NCBI GenBank assembly: GCA_964458565.1
Contig: CAYWJO010000007.1
Location: 32,001-96,000 of the forward strand
Direction: 5' to 3'
Origin: an uncultured archaeon
GTDB lineage: Archaea; Asgardarchaeota; Thorarchaeia; Thorarchaeales; Thorarchaeaceae
Length of the DNA: 64,000 nt
Positions 29,487 to 40,256 of the stretch are shown here, in pieces (position 1 is the first letter of the stretch; every line of letters starts with the position of its first letter). The notes under the pieces are model-generated. The model was not told the origin of the DNA. It saw only the letters and a program-made list of their open reading frames with translations, and did no database searches. The position numbers were made by a program, and so were the translations under genes.

Positions 29487-30332
29487 ATGACAAAGTCTAA
29501 CAATTTACCAGTAGTCATTGATATTAGCACACGTCTAACAATGGTTGGTTTTGCAGGAGAAGTAGCTCCACGTTTCGTTTGGCCCACTGTTGTTGGATAT
29601 TCAATAGATCATAGTATGATAGATAGTGATTCCTCAGTTCCTTACAAGATCGGCAAGTATGCATTAGACTCGTTATCCCCTATGCTAGTCTATCCGTTAA
29701 AGGCTGGAATCATCGAAGATTGGGATGCAATTGAGGCTATCTTGGCATTTACTTTCAAATCACTTGAAATCAAATCTTCTGAGAGTAAAGTTTTGATAAC
29801 AGAATCAATATCTTCTCCCCCTGAAACTCACCAACATCTGATGCAATTGATGTTTCATAAATTCGGTGTGAGTCATCTCTACGTGACACTTCGACAGGTA
29901 CTCGCTCTATATGCTGTCCGGAAAGGATCAGGTGTTGTCATCGATTTCGAGCCAGACTATGCATTAATCGTACCAATATTCGAAGGTCTTGCCATTCCAC
30001 ATGTAAAAGAAATCCTGAATCTGCCGGTCATAACGGGATTTGAGCTTTCGTTTCTTGCAGAACGATTAATAGCTGCAGTTGAGAATACAAATCCAGACAT
30101 CTACGATGATTTATACAGCAACATTGTACTTACGGGTAGTTCTACAACAACACCTCAATTCAGAGAGAGCCTTGAGAAAGAGATTGCTGAACGGATAGCC
30201 TCGGATAGAAACTTCTCAATAATTGATATTCCAGAAAAGCTCTACATGGCTTGGATTGGAGGGAGCAGGTTAGCAAATGTATCATCATTCAATGAGGTAT
30301 GGATGAGTCGTACTGAATTCACACAGAAATGA
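29487..30332 (+). CDS. Actin-related protein (Asgard ARP), internally deleted
   Basis: VVID....VGFAGE.APR..WPTVVG, YPL..GII.DWD, VLITE, VPIFEG, LYSNIVLTG, WIGGS.LA. Confidence 0.9.
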   Translation: MTKSNNLPVVIDISTRLTMVGFAGEVAPRFVWPTVVGYSIDHSMIDSDSSVPYKIGKYALDSLSPMLVYPLKAGIIEDWDAIEAILAFTFKSLEIKSSESKVLITESISSPPETHQHLMQLMFHKFGVSHLYVTLRQVLALYAVRKGSGVVIDFEPDYALIVPIFEGLAIPHVKEILNLPVITGFELSFLAERLIAAVENTNPDIYDDLYSNIVLTGSSTTTPQFRESLEKEIAERIASDRNFSIIDIPEKLYMAWIGGSRLANVSSFNEVWMSRTEFTQK

Positions 30333-30386
30333 CCTGATCGACCGCAGTAGCAACAACTTGCATTGAATTCCATCTCCTATGGGATT

Positions 30387-32513
30387 CTAGAACATACCAC
30401 TCAACCACTGGTGAATATGCGCAATAACAGGAAGGAAGAGTGTAGCAGTCAGGGAAATCACGACAAGCAAAGTATTGATTGATGGGCCTGCAGTGTCTTT
30501 GAATGGGTCGCCCACCATATCTCCACGTACTGAGTTCCGGTGTATTTGATCATATCGTGGGTGGTCATGGTCATACTCAGGAGACTCAATCATCTTCTTT
30601 GTATTATCCCAAGCCCCTCCAGCATTACTCATCAATAGGGCCATGATAAAGCCGACCAAGACTGCACCACCAAGATATCCACCAAGCGCTTCAAGCCCCA
30701 AGATTGAACCAGTTAAAATTGTAACACCTATTACGATGATAGTAGATGGCATGAGTTCTCTTATAGCGCCAGATGTTGCTATTTCAATACATTTGTCATA
30801 ATCTGGTTTTGAGGTTCCTTCAAGAATACCAGGATCTACGCGGAACTGTCTACGAATCTCTTCAATCATTCGTCCTGCATTACGATCAACACCAAGAATG
30901 AGCATCGCAGTAAATGTAATTGGCACTAACGCTCCGATGAATGCACCCGCCAAGATGAATGGATCTGCTATATTGACAATAATCTCTTCTCCAATGAGCA
31001 TCTCCGCTGCTTCAACAAATGCTGCAAATAAGGCAAGAACGGATATAGCTGCAGACCCAATAGCAAATCCCTTTGTGATTGCCTTAGCCGTATTACCTGC
31101 TGCATCTAATTTATCACAAGCTATAATGGCTTCTTCTGAAGCATTCGATTGTTCAATAATACCTCTCGCGTTATCAACAATAGGTCCATAGCTATCAGAG
31201 CTCATGGTAAGTCCATTTGTTGCCAGGAGTCCAACTGCAGCAATTGCTACCGCATAAATTCCCCCCATCCAACCTCCAAGTCCCAGAGATGTTGTTGTCG
31301 AACCGAGGATGAATGATGCCACAAGTGCTACAATAACTCCAATTACTGAAGGTACGGCACTGAGAAGACCGTATGAATATCCTGACAGTATGAGGTTCGC
31401 TGTGCTCTTCTCAGCATTTTCTACCATATTCCTTACTGGTTGAAATCCGAAGAGACCTTTATCATTTGTAAAGACATCAGAGGTGAATCCTATAAACACA
31501 CCAGCAAGTAGTCCAAAGATTGCAGAGGCTGCAATTACAATATCAATTCCAAGAATGAGAATTACAGCTACAACCAATACACCAAAGAGAATAGTTGTTA
31601 TGTAAGTGCCTCTGTTAAGGGCTGGACCAGGATCATCCTGTTCATTAGGTCTTACCAAATAAACTCCAATCACTGATGCGATGGTACCTAATGCTGCTAT
31701 TACTAGAGGCAGGAGTCCAAAGGCGTATGGTAATGCAAATGTTGCATCAAGTCCTGCTCCTAGAAGGGCAGCAGCCAGAATTGCGGCGACATTGCTATCG
31801 AAGATGTCTGCACCTGTTCCAGCAACATCTCCCACGTTGTCGCCAACAGCGTCTGCAATTGCCGCAGGATTTCTCGGGTCATCCTCTGGAATGTGCTGCT
31901 CGATTTTACCAACAATGTCTGCTGACATATCCGCAGTTTTGGTAAAGATTCCTCCACCTGCTTTTGCAAACAGCGCCACAGTACTCGCGCCAAATGAAAA
32001 GCCTGTAATCATCTCCCATAGGAATGGGGCCGCAATTCCTGGAAATATCACGAACCACATCAAGTAAAGAGCTGATAATCCAACAAGAGCAATGCCTGCT
32101 ATCATCAGCCCCATTACCGAACCCGATCTAAACGCTATCTTGAATGCAGGACCAAGCCCTCCTTCTGCGGCTGCAGCTGCTGTTCGTCGATTCGCTTGTG
32201 TTGCCACTGCCAGACCTATATATCCCGCTCCCATACTAGCAAAGGATCCTATGATGTATGAGATTGCAATGGGTATTCCATAGTCAACAAAGACAATTGC
32301 AATGACAACTGCTAGGAACAGAGTAAAGAATGTAAGTATACGATATTGTATCTTAATGAAAGAGTCAGCTCCATCTTGTATCAACCGACTGACTTCATGC
32401 ATTCTCTTGTCACCTTCATCCGCTCTCATAACTACGCGATATGTGTATAGAGCTACAAGGATGGCAAGTAGACCTGATAAAAGCGAAATGGATAGAAATA
32501 GAAGATCTGACAT
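30387..32513 (-). CDS. hppA: Membrane-bound pyrophosphatase, K+-independent type
   Basis: GGGIFTKTAD, PEDDPRNP, DAVGDNVGD, DSYGPIVDNA, GNTAKA (Lys indicates K+-independence), GDPFKDTAGP. Confidence 0.95.
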   Translation of the reverse strand: MSDLLFLSISLLSGLLAILVALYTYRVVMRADEGDKRMHEVSRLIQDGADSFIKIQYRILTFFTLFLAVVIAIVFVDYGIPIAISYIIGSFASMGAGYIGLAVATQANRRTAAAAAEGGLGPAFKIAFRSGSVMGLMIAGIALVGLSALYLMWFVIFPGIAAPFLWEMITGFSFGASTVALFAKAGGGIFTKTADMSADIVGKIEQHIPEDDPRNPAAIADAVGDNVGDVAGTGADIFDSNVAAILAAALLGAGLDATFALPYAFGLLPLVIAALGTIASVIGVYLVRPNEQDDPGPALNRGTYITTILFGVLVVAVILILGIDIVIAASAIFGLLAGVFIGFTSDVFTNDKGLFGFQPVRNMVENAEKSTANLILSGYSYGLLSAVPSVIGVIVALVASFILGSTTTSLGLGGWMGGIYAVAIAAVGLLATNGLTMSSDSYGPIVDNARGIIEQSNASEEAIIACDKLDAAGNTAKAITKGFAIGSAAISVLALFAAFVEAAEMLIGEEIIVNIADPFILAGAFIGALVPITFTAMLILGVDRNAGRMIEEIRRQFRVDPGILEGTSKPDYDKCIEIATSGAIRELMPSTIIVIGVTILTGSILGLEALGGYLGGAVLVGFIMALLMSNAGGAWDNTKKMIESPEYDHDHPRYDQIHRNSVRGDMVGDPFKDTAGPSINTLLVVISLTATLFLPVIAHIHQWLSGMF

Positions 32514-32704
32514 TGCGGGCTCCTGTTGAGGATTTTCAAACCATATTATAGACATTGCTATGCATCGGCTAATTACAAGCCGGACCATTTGGTATGCCCA
32601 ACTTCAATGAATTGTAGTACGGATATATTGGAACACGTGTTCCAATCCTAATTTTGGTATCTATAGTAAAACCAATCAATTTGTTTTCTGTCTATCATCT
32701 CGCA

Positions 32705-33160
32705 ATGAAAGACGAAGACGAGAATAAATTTGATTCAATCGCAAAAAAACTCGAAGCTGCACTTGAAGACAAGAAAGAGGAGCTCGCTAATGGTGAATTA
32801 AATGAGATTGAAGATACAACAGGGCTTGAGAATATTAAGCGTCTAAATACTGCAATTATTGAATTTTATACCACAAATTGTCCCTATTGTAAACAAATGA
32901 CACCTATTCTTGAGGAGCTCGCAGAGAGCTTCAAGTCAAAGGTCTATTTTGCCAAGGTTAACATTGAGAACATACCCACCGTTATAGAAAAATTCTCCAT
33001 TTTAGGAGTGCCAGAGCTCATTGTTTTCAAAAAAGGACAAGAAGTGGGGAGAGCTGAGGGTCTCCAAATCTATGAAACACTGGATGAGTGGATTGATAGC
33101 ATTCATAGAGGACTCAGACCAATGGGGATGATTCTAGGGCTTTCAACTAAAACGCGTTAG
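32705..33160 (+). CDS. Thioredoxin-family protein
   Basis: EFYTTNCPYC, cis-Pro GVP. Confidence 0.88.
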   Translation: MKDEDENKFDSIAKKLEAALEDKKEELANGELNEIEDTTGLENIKRLNTAIIEFYTTNCPYCKQMTPILEELAESFKSKVYFAKVNIENIPTVIEKFSILGVPELIVFKKGQEVGRAEGLQIYETLDEWIDSIHRGLRPMGMILGLSTKTR

Positions 33161-33175
33161 ACCCGACTACTTTTC

Positions 33176-33598
33176 TTAATCATCAGCGGAGCTGCCTTCT
33201 ATGGCAATATCTGATGAATCTGGCTTAGGATATCTTCCGCTTCGAACACGCCATCCATCATAGCAGATATACAAGAATATCCCATAGAATATGATCATTG
33301 CAAGGTATAGTCCTACAACAATGATGAGCGACTCTGCTAATGGACCAAGAATTGCCTCAAGAATAATCTGAGGGAATAGCATGGTGACTAAAATGAGTGC
33401 GGTCATGGTTAGAGTTACAACAAACATCACAGGGAATATTCCAGCAGAGTGATGTGATGAAGAACAATAGACTTTTTTTCCGTCTTTCCAAGTTCTCTCT
33501 TCAACAGGAGCTCCACACCAAGCACATGTCATTTTTCCTTCATCTACTGAATCTGACTTATCTGTCAATACAATCTCCCTTACAATCTCTATGGCCAA
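33176..33598 (-). CDS. Zn-finger (CxxC..YCS) plus 2-TM membrane protein
   Basis: CAWCG...YCSSSH followed by two TM helices. Confidence 0.7.
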   Translation of the reverse strand: MAIEIVREIVLTDKSDSVDEGKMTCAWCGAPVEERTWKDGKKVYCSSSHHSAGIFPVMFVVTLTMTALILVTMLFPQIILEAILGPLAESLIIVVGLYLAMIIFYGIFLYICYDGWRVRSGRYPKPDSSDIAIEGSSADD

Positions 33599-33655
33599 TC
33601 AAATCCACATATCTCTTATGCTTCTAATCCGTGATTCAGGTACGTTTCGGTACTC

Positions 33656-35542
33656 TCAGAGTTTCAATTTGAAGATGTACTCATCATCAGCCCTTGAGAG
33701 ATGACTCTCCACTACACGATCGGTTCGATGAAGGAATCTAATCATTGGTAGATTTCTTGGATGCACATATGCTATAAATGCGTCAATCCCCTTGCTCTTT
33801 GCAATTCTCATGAGGTGATTGAGAAGGAACGTTCCAACACCTTTTCCTTGATATTCGTCCTGGATCAATAGTGCAAACTCAGCCTCATTCGTACTTCTGT
33901 CTAGGAGATATCTCCCTGCACCGATTATTCTCTCAGTTTCGTGTTCTTTGTCTGGATATATTACAGCGATAATGGACACATCTCTGTCTGCATCAACATC
34001 ATAGAAGTCTTGCAACGTCTTTCTTGGTAGACTTCTTAATGGTGTGAGGAATCTGAAATAGATGCTTTCTTCAGAGAGATCATAGAACAGATCTTTAATC
34101 CTATCAGTGTCATCGGGCCTAACAAGACGGAAATAAACAGTCACCGGACCATCGGGACCTTTGAATTCTTCTTGTGTTTCGTATTCACTAGCGAAATACG
34201 TACCTGTGACCTGAAATGGTACTTGGTCTTCGTGGACGTATTGCATTTTCTTTGCAGCGTCTAATAATTCGTTTCTAAAGTCGGGGTGTGCAATTGCAAT
34301 CAATGAAAGTACACGTTCACGTATAGTCTTTCCATGTAGTGTCGCGAGACCATATTCTGTGATTATAACATCGACGTCGCCTCTAGTTGTAACGACACCC
34401 GCACCTTCACTGAGTTGGGGCACAATGCGTGAAACAGTACCCTCCATTGCTGTACTCTGCATTGTGATGATTGCCTTCCCACCAATTGATCTATTAGCAC
34501 CACGAATGAAGTCTACTGCGCCGCCTATCCCCGAAAAGAAGCGATGTCCAATTGAGTCTGCGCACACTTGTCCTGTGAGGTCAATCTCAAGCGCAGAGTT
34601 GATGGCTATCATTTTCGTGTTCTGTCCAATCACATACGGATCGTTCACATACTCCGTGGGATAAAAATGAAACATTGGATTATCATTGATATATTCATAG
34701 AGCTTCTCTGAACCCATAGCGAATGATGCGATTACCTTATCCTTGTTTATGCTCTTTTTCCTATTTGTTACAATTTCCTGTTGGATCAGTGGAATGAGAC
34801 TATCACTGAACATTTCGGTGTGAATTCCTAAGTCCTGTACACCAATTTCAAGGAGACTATTACATACCGCCTGAGGCAACGCACCAATTCCTAATTCTAT
34901 GGTTGACTCATTTTCAATTAACCTGGCTACAAAACTTCCTATCTTGTTTATAGTATCTGATCCTTCTGCAGGCTCAAATTCACGAAGTGGTTCATTATAC
35001 GATACTAACCAATCAATGTCCCTCACATTCATGAACGAATCGCCATGTGTGATTGGCATTCTCTCGTTGACCTGTGCTATTACTAAATCTGCGCTTTCAG
35101 CTGCGGACTTGGTGATATCTACTGCTATTCCTAGTGAAACATAACCATGTTGATCAGGAGGGCTCACTTGAATCATGGCTACATCAAGTGGCATTCTCTT
35201 TTGTCTGAACAGACGTGGGATGTCTGAGAGCATGATGGGTGTGTAATCCGCACGTCCATCAGTGACTGCCTCTCGGATATTCTCAGAGACAAAGAACGTG
35301 TTATGCCTGAATGCATTTTGAAATTGAGGGTCTGCTGATGGTGTATCTCCCAGAGTAAGCAAATGCACAATTTCATTATCTGCCATCTTTACTGCATTCT
35401 TTGCGAGTTCCTGAACTAGATGATATGGTACTCCACATCCTGTACCTAGGAATATTCTAGTCCCTCGCTTGATTTTTCTAATGGCTGTACTAGAGTCAAC
35501 AGTCTTCTTTTTGTATTTCTCAATCCAGTTTTCAGCAGTCAT
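33656..35542 (-). CDS. Acetyl-CoA hydrolase/CoA-transferase fused to a C-terminal GNAT
   Basis: VSLG, LGIG, GIHTEMFSD (catalytic Glu), DLTGQVCADS, SGIGG..DF.RGA, TEYG; GNAT FRFL, AEFA, YQGKGVGT, N..M. Confidence 0.92.
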   Translation of the reverse strand: MTAENWIEKYKKKTVDSSTAIRKIKRGTRIFLGTGCGVPYHLVQELAKNAVKMADNEIVHLLTLGDTPSADPQFQNAFRHNTFFVSENIREAVTDGRADYTPIMLSDIPRLFRQKRMPLDVAMIQVSPPDQHGYVSLGIAVDITKSAAESADLVIAQVNERMPITHGDSFMNVRDIDWLVSYNEPLREFEPAEGSDTINKIGSFVARLIENESTIELGIGALPQAVCNSLLEIGVQDLGIHTEMFSDSLIPLIQQEIVTNRKKSINKDKVIASFAMGSEKLYEYINDNPMFHFYPTEYVNDPYVIGQNTKMIAINSALEIDLTGQVCADSIGHRFFSGIGGAVDFIRGANRSIGGKAIITMQSTAMEGTVSRIVPQLSEGAGVVTTRGDVDVIITEYGLATLHGKTIRERVLSLIAIAHPDFRNELLDAAKKMQYVHEDQVPFQVTGTYFASEYETQEEFKGPDGPVTVYFRLVRPDDTDRIKDLFYDLSEESIYFRFLTPLRSLPRKTLQDFYDVDADRDVSIIAVIYPDKEHETERIIGAGRYLLDRSTNEAEFALLIQDEYQGKGVGTFLLNHLMRIAKSKGIDAFIAYVHPRNLPMIRFLHRTDRVVESHLSRADDEYIFKLKL

Positions 35543-35691
35543 AATCCCAACATCCTGATGCGTCTATTCCGCTAGAGGTTGCATATAGGACTTTCCAAGT
35601 GGTACAAGATATTATGACACGACAGAAACCTTTTTGCTCACCATGTTCGGGCTCAGTCTTGTTTGACAACATATTATGGGAGAACACTCTC

Positions 35692-36966
35692 ATGTCTGAA
35701 GAAAAAATTGGTAATCGATATTTGGTGATACTTGGTGCAATTATCGTGCAACTATGTTTGGGTACAATCTACGCATGGTCCGAGTTTCAGAATGCATTGA
35801 AACTTGAAGGCGGTCTGTATCAGTGGACCCCTCTAAGCACTCAATTGCCGTTCGCCGCAGGTCTTGCTTCTTTTGCCCTTTTCATGGTCTTTGCAGGACG
35901 ATGGCAGGATAAGGCTGGGCCTCGAAAGGTAGCCACAGTGGGCGGTGTTCTGCTTGGTGTTGGTTATCTCCTTGCATCTTTGGTGGATACACTAGCATTA
36001 GATGAACTCACCGGAACCATTTACCTCATCATCACCTATGGTATAATTGGTGGTGCTGGTATTGGATTCGCATACGTATGTCCCATTGCAGCATTAGTCA
36101 AATGGTTCCCTGATAAGAAAGGAAGCGTTTCTGGAATTGCTGTTGCAGGGTTTGGTGGTGGTGCACTTATCTTTCTATTTGTGGAAGATTTCCTGATCAA
36201 TACAGTATTTGGTGGTTATATTGGCTTTGCATTTCTGGTTCTTGGTGTCGTATATCTCATTGGCGTAGTACTGGGCTCACAGATACTTGTCAATCCACCA
36301 GTAGGATGGGCTCCTGAAGGATGGACACCTCCCATCACAATCGCTGATGGTTCTGGTGGTGGAATGATGCCTGGTGAAATGATTAGGAAGGCAACATTCT
36401 GGCTTCTCTGGCTCTCGTTTATATTTGCAGCAACCGCTGGTCTAATGACCCTTGGCAATGTGAAAAGTGCCGCTGCTGAAGTAGACCCCACAGTGATTCC
36501 ACTCGGTCTGGGTGCATTGATAGGTGGAATAATGTCCATCTTTAACGCAATAGGACGAATTGTATGGGGTATTACATCAGATAAGCTTGGTCGAGCTAGG
36601 ACTATGGTTTTAATGTTCTTGTTCCTCATGATTGCAATGTACAGTTTTGCATTCGTGGCATTATTACCTGATACAGAGGGACTTTGGATTACCGTCACTC
36701 TGATTGCTTCAGTGATAGGATTCTGTTTTGGTGGGAATTTTGCCCTCTTCCCCTCAGCAACAGCTGACTATTTCGGTTCAGAGAACGTAGGTAAGAACTA
36801 TGGTGTAGTCTTTACAGCATATGGTATTGCAGGTATTGTTGGTGGTCTTGTTGCAGGATCATTTGTAGGTCTAACTGGCTCCTACTTCCTTGCATTCATA
36901 ACAACAGAATTTCTTGCTATGTTCGCTATCTTGCTAACACTCTACCTATACTGGAAATACGAGTAG
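35692..36966 (+). CDS. OFA-family MFS (oxalate/formate/lactate-type) transporter
   Basis: LG.IYAWS.F, GRWQDK.GPR, KWFPDKKG, N..GR..WG..SDKLGR, FGGNF, NYG. Confidence 0.92.
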   Translation: MSEEKIGNRYLVILGAIIVQLCLGTIYAWSEFQNALKLEGGLYQWTPLSTQLPFAAGLASFALFMVFAGRWQDKAGPRKVATVGGVLLGVGYLLASLVDTLALDELTGTIYLIITYGIIGGAGIGFAYVCPIAALVKWFPDKKGSVSGIAVAGFGGGALIFLFVEDFLINTVFGGYIGFAFLVLGVVYLIGVVLGSQILVNPPVGWAPEGWTPPITIADGSGGGMMPGEMIRKATFWLLWLSFIFAATAGLMTLGNVKSAAAEVDPTVIPLGLGALIGGIMSIFNAIGRIVWGITSDKLGRARTMVLMFLFLMIAMYSFAFVALLPDTEGLWITVTLIASVIGFCFGGNFALFPSATADYFGSENVGKNYGVVFTAYGIAGIVGGLVAGSFVGLTGSYFLAFITTEFLAMFAILLTLYLYWKYE

Positions 36967-36977
36967 TATACTAAAAC

Positions 36978-37020
36978 GAGGTTATGGGGATATTTTCCCA
37001 TACCTCTCTCAATTCTTTTT
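36978..37020 (+). terminator. Hairpin plus T-tract after OFA gene
   Basis: GAGGTTATGGG...CCCATACCTC then TTCTTTTT. Confidence 0.5.
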
Positions 37021-37139
37021 AGCACTCCCTGATTTGACAAGTTGAACGATACTTTGATGAAAATCCGTTTTTCAATTAAATATCGTGCCCTTGGATAAGC
37101 GTTATATAGATAAACCTGCGGACGGCGCTCAAAGCATCG

Positions 37140-39158
37140 ATGCTTAAGGTGACTAATTTGTCTGAAGAAAAAAAGATCACTGTTTTAGAAGCGGAAGCAA
37201 GAAGATTCGCGCCTCCCAAGAGCTTTGTCGATAAAGCATATATCAAGTCTCACGAGGAACGAATGGAGATGTGGAAGAAGTCCATCTCGGATCCAGATGG
37301 CTTCTGGCTAGATATAGCAACATCGGATTTGTTCTACTGGAAGACTAAACCGACAAAGGGTTTCGAATGGCAAGATACACAGAATGTTAAATTCACATGG
37401 TTCGCCGATGGCGTGACCAATATGGCCTACAATTGCATGGATAAGTGGGTCGAGCAGGGTCGTGGTGACCAGGTCGCAATTATTTGGCAGGGTGACCCCG
37501 TTGATGAGTCGCGTACCTACACCTACAAGCAGCTTCAAATCGAGGTAAGCAAAGCTGCCAATGTTCTAAAAAATCTCGGTCTGAAGAAAGGTGATACCGT
37601 CACAATCTACCTACCTATGATTCCTGAACTAGCTATTCTCATGCTTGCCTGTGCTCGAATTGGTGCTGTCCACAGTATCGTCTTCGGTGGCTTCACTGCA
37701 GACTCACTGAAAGACAGGATTGAGGACTGTCAGAGCAAAGTTCTCATCACTGCTGATGGTTACTATCGCGCATCTAAGGTCATTCCACAGAAGAAAAACG
37801 CTGACGCCGCGCTTGAGAATATCTCAGTGGTTGAGAAAATCCTCGTTGTCAAACGTGGTATTGATGGCCTTGACGTACCAATGAAATCCGGTCGCGATTT
37901 CTGGTTCCATGAAGAACTTGAGAAGGTTGAGGAAACGTGCGAGCCCGAATGGTTAGGTGCTGAAGACCCACTATTCATCCTTTACACATCTGGTTCAACC
38001 GGAAAACCAAAGGGTGTGCTTCACACACTCGGTGGTTACATGGTCTATACCGCTCACACATTCCTGAATATCTTCGATTGGCATCCTGGTGATGTCTATT
38101 GGTGTACGGCGGACATAGGTTGGATAACTGGACATTCCTACCAAGTATATGGCCCACTCGGTGCAGGTGCAACCTCAATGATGTTTGAGGGCGTGCCAAC
38201 ATACCCTGATGCAAGCCGATTCTGGATGGAGGTAGAGCGCTGGAAAGTAAACCAATTCTATACAGCCCCGACAGCCATACGTGCCCTGATGAAATTCGGC
38301 GAAGAACCCGTTAAGAAACACGATCTCTCCTCACTGAATCTTTTGGGCACAGTAGGAGAACCCATCAATCCAGCCGCTTGGATGTGGTATCACGAGGTAG
38401 TAGGCAAAGAGAGATGTCCAATTGTGGACACCTACTGGCAAACAGAAACAGGCGGAGTAATTTTTACACCCCTTCCCGGAGCAACTGAGACAATACCCGG
38501 AAGTTGCACCTTTCCATACTTTGGAGTTGACCCTGTCATCGTAGATGAAGGCGGCTCTGCAACAGGCCCTAATGAGGGCGGATACCTCTGTATCAAATCA
38601 CCATGGCCAGGTCTCATGCGTACTGTCTTCGGAGACCACCAGAGGTTTGTGAATACCTATTGGACTCAATACAAAGATCCCGAAACAGGCAATCCAATGT
38701 ATATGACCGGAGATGGTTCACGCTTCAACGATGATGGCTACTTCTTCGTGATGGGTCGAATCGACGACGTACTGAAAGTATCTGGTCACAGACTTGGAAC
38801 TGCTGAGATTGAGTCAGCTCTCGTCAAGCACCCCGCAGTTTCAGAGTGTGCAGTTGTAGGTTTCCCACATGAGATAAAGGGAGAAGATATCTATGTCTTT
38901 TGTACACTCAGAAAAGGTGTCGAAGGAACCGAGGAACTTCGCCAAGAGCTGCGGAAACACGTCAGGACTGAAATTGGACCAATCGCTACACCAGCTAAAG
39001 TACAGTTTGCTGACGCGCTACCGAAGACCAGAAGCGGAAAGATAATGCGCCGAATATTGAAACGCATCGCTGCTGGAAAGATTGAGGACATCGGAGATAC
39101 CTCCACACTCGCAGATCCAACAGTTGTCGAAACCCTCGTTCGTGAGAGAATCGAGTAA
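37140..39158 (+). CDS. acs: AMP-forming acetyl-CoA synthetase
   Basis: [51 protein letters not shown]; start may be TTG 37158. Confidence 0.97.
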   Translation: MLKVTNLSEEKKITVLEAEARRFAPPKSFVDKAYIKSHEERMEMWKKSISDPDGFWLDIATSDLFYWKTKPTKGFEWQDTQNVKFTWFADGVTNMAYNCMDKWVEQGRGDQVAIIWQGDPVDESRTYTYKQLQIEVSKAANVLKNLGLKKGDTVTIYLPMIPELAILMLACARIGAVHSIVFGGFTADSLKDRIEDCQSKVLITADGYYRASKVIPQKKNADAALENISVVEKILVVKRGIDGLDVPMKSGRDFWFHEELEKVEETCEPEWLGAEDPLFILYTSGSTGKPKGVLHTLGGYMVYTAHTFLNIFDWHPGDVYWCTADIGWITGHSYQVYGPLGAGATSMMFEGVPTYPDASRFWMEVERWKVNQFYTAPTAIRALMKFGEEPVKKHDLSSLNLLGTVGEPINPAAWMWYHEVVGKERCPIVDTYWQTETGGVIFTPLPGATETIPGSCTFPYFGVDPVIVDEGGSATGPNEGGYLCIKSPWPGLMRTVFGDHQRFVNTYWTQYKDPETGNPMYMTGDGSRFNDDGYFFVMGRIDDVLKVSGHRLGTAEIESALVKHPAVSECAVVGFPHEIKGEDIYVFCTLRKGVEGTEELRQELRKHVRTEIGPIATPAKVQFADALPKTRSGKIMRRILKRIAAGKIEDIGDTSTLADPTVVETLVRERIE

Positions 39159-39170
39159 ATGGCACAATTA

Positions 39171-39212
39171 AAGTGTAGAGAGGTTTTATCCTCTCTCCAC
39201 ACTTCTGTTTTT
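39171..39212 (+). terminator. Hairpin plus T-tract after acs
   Basis: AAGTGTAGAGAGG...CCTCTCTCCACACTT then GTTTTT. Confidence 0.55.
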
Positions 39213-39275
39213 AATGAATATTTTTCAAAAGGTTTATCGGTTTTAAAGACTAATTGATAATGGGTATGTCACATT

Positions 39276-39521
39276 TTGAATTGGCCAATTTATAATAAAT
39301 GTGACTCTCAATCAGGAACTTGTTATCGACGTTTCTTTATACTCTATATCATACTGCTCATCATATCGACTATTGAATTTCTTGGTAATACCTCATTCTT
39401 TTACGATTTTCAACTTGTGCTTTACATTCTACTTGGTGTTGGAATCATGAGCACCATGATTGCAATCTATCTCATCGTGAAGAACCCTCCAAATTCATCA
39501 TCTTTTGATTCTCACATCTAG
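39276..39521 (+). CDS. Small 2-TM hypothetical protein
   Basis: Two hydrophobic segments; fills intergenic gap. Confidence 0.5.
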   Translation: MNWPIYNKCDSQSGTCYRRFFILYIILLIISTIEFLGNTSFFYDFQLVLYILLGVGIMSTMIAIYLIVKNPPNSSSFDSHI

Positions 39522-39524
39522 AAA

Positions 39525-40127
39525 TTAGACTGGAAAGAACCGTCGTGTTCGCTTCATATATTCCAGATACTTCTCTCCAAATGCGTCAGTAAGCATCTGT
39601 TCTTCCTGTTTTGCTACGAATGGAAACGCAACAAGTATGATGAATGCGAATATAATAATCAGAGTGTTTGCAGTGACCAGAGCCATCCCTAGAGAGAACA
39701 AACCAAGCACTGTGTACATTGGATGCCTTACTCTTGTATAGGGTCCTTCAGTGATTAACCTATGTTTGGATTTTATCTCTAGCTGAGCTGAGTATTGACG
39801 GTCGAGCGTTCTATGTATCCATGCGAGCAGTGGAATCACAATAAGTACGAGAACAACTCCACTCCATCTCAGAACGACCGGATACAGATCATACTGAAAT
39901 AGGTCCATCAGAGGAAAGCCAATGAGATAAGGAATGTAAGATCCAAAAGAGCCCAATATTCCAATGATGATTAATGCTCCACCAAGTCCTAGGTTTCTTC
40001 TTACTTCACTCTCTTCCGTATCGGGTTCTTCTCGTCTTGGTTTCACGAATCGATAATATCCACGAACAGTGAAGAACAACGCATAGAGACCTATGAAGAG
40101 TGCTCTGTAGAATATATCATCTGCCAT
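39525..40127 (-). CDS. Isoprenylcysteine carboxyl methyltransferase (ICMT/PEMT) family
   Basis: H.LIT.GPY..VRHPMY, EE..L...FG..Y.EY. Confidence 0.9.
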   Translation of the reverse strand: MADDIFYRALFIGLYALFFTVRGYYRFVKPRREEPDTEESEVRRNLGLGGALIIIGILGSFGSYIPYLIGFPLMDLFQYDLYPVVLRWSGVVLVLIVIPLLAWIHRTLDRQYSAQLEIKSKHRLITEGPYTRVRHPMYTVLGLFSLGMALVTANTLIIIFAFIILVAFPFVAKQEEQMLTDAFGEKYLEYMKRTRRFFPV

Positions 40128-40256
40128 CTTGTCACATCCATGCGGAGTATCTAATACATACTCAATAGTCAGTATACATACTTAACAGTCATTTTTATAA
40201 GCCTTTCCAGCTAAGCAGATATGTCAAATGAACCAGAATTGGATGTCTAAACATCA

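Noticed and set aside
30898-32529. Antisense ORFs within hppA and other long genes
   Set aside because: Codon-symmetry shadows of well-supported genes on the opposite strand
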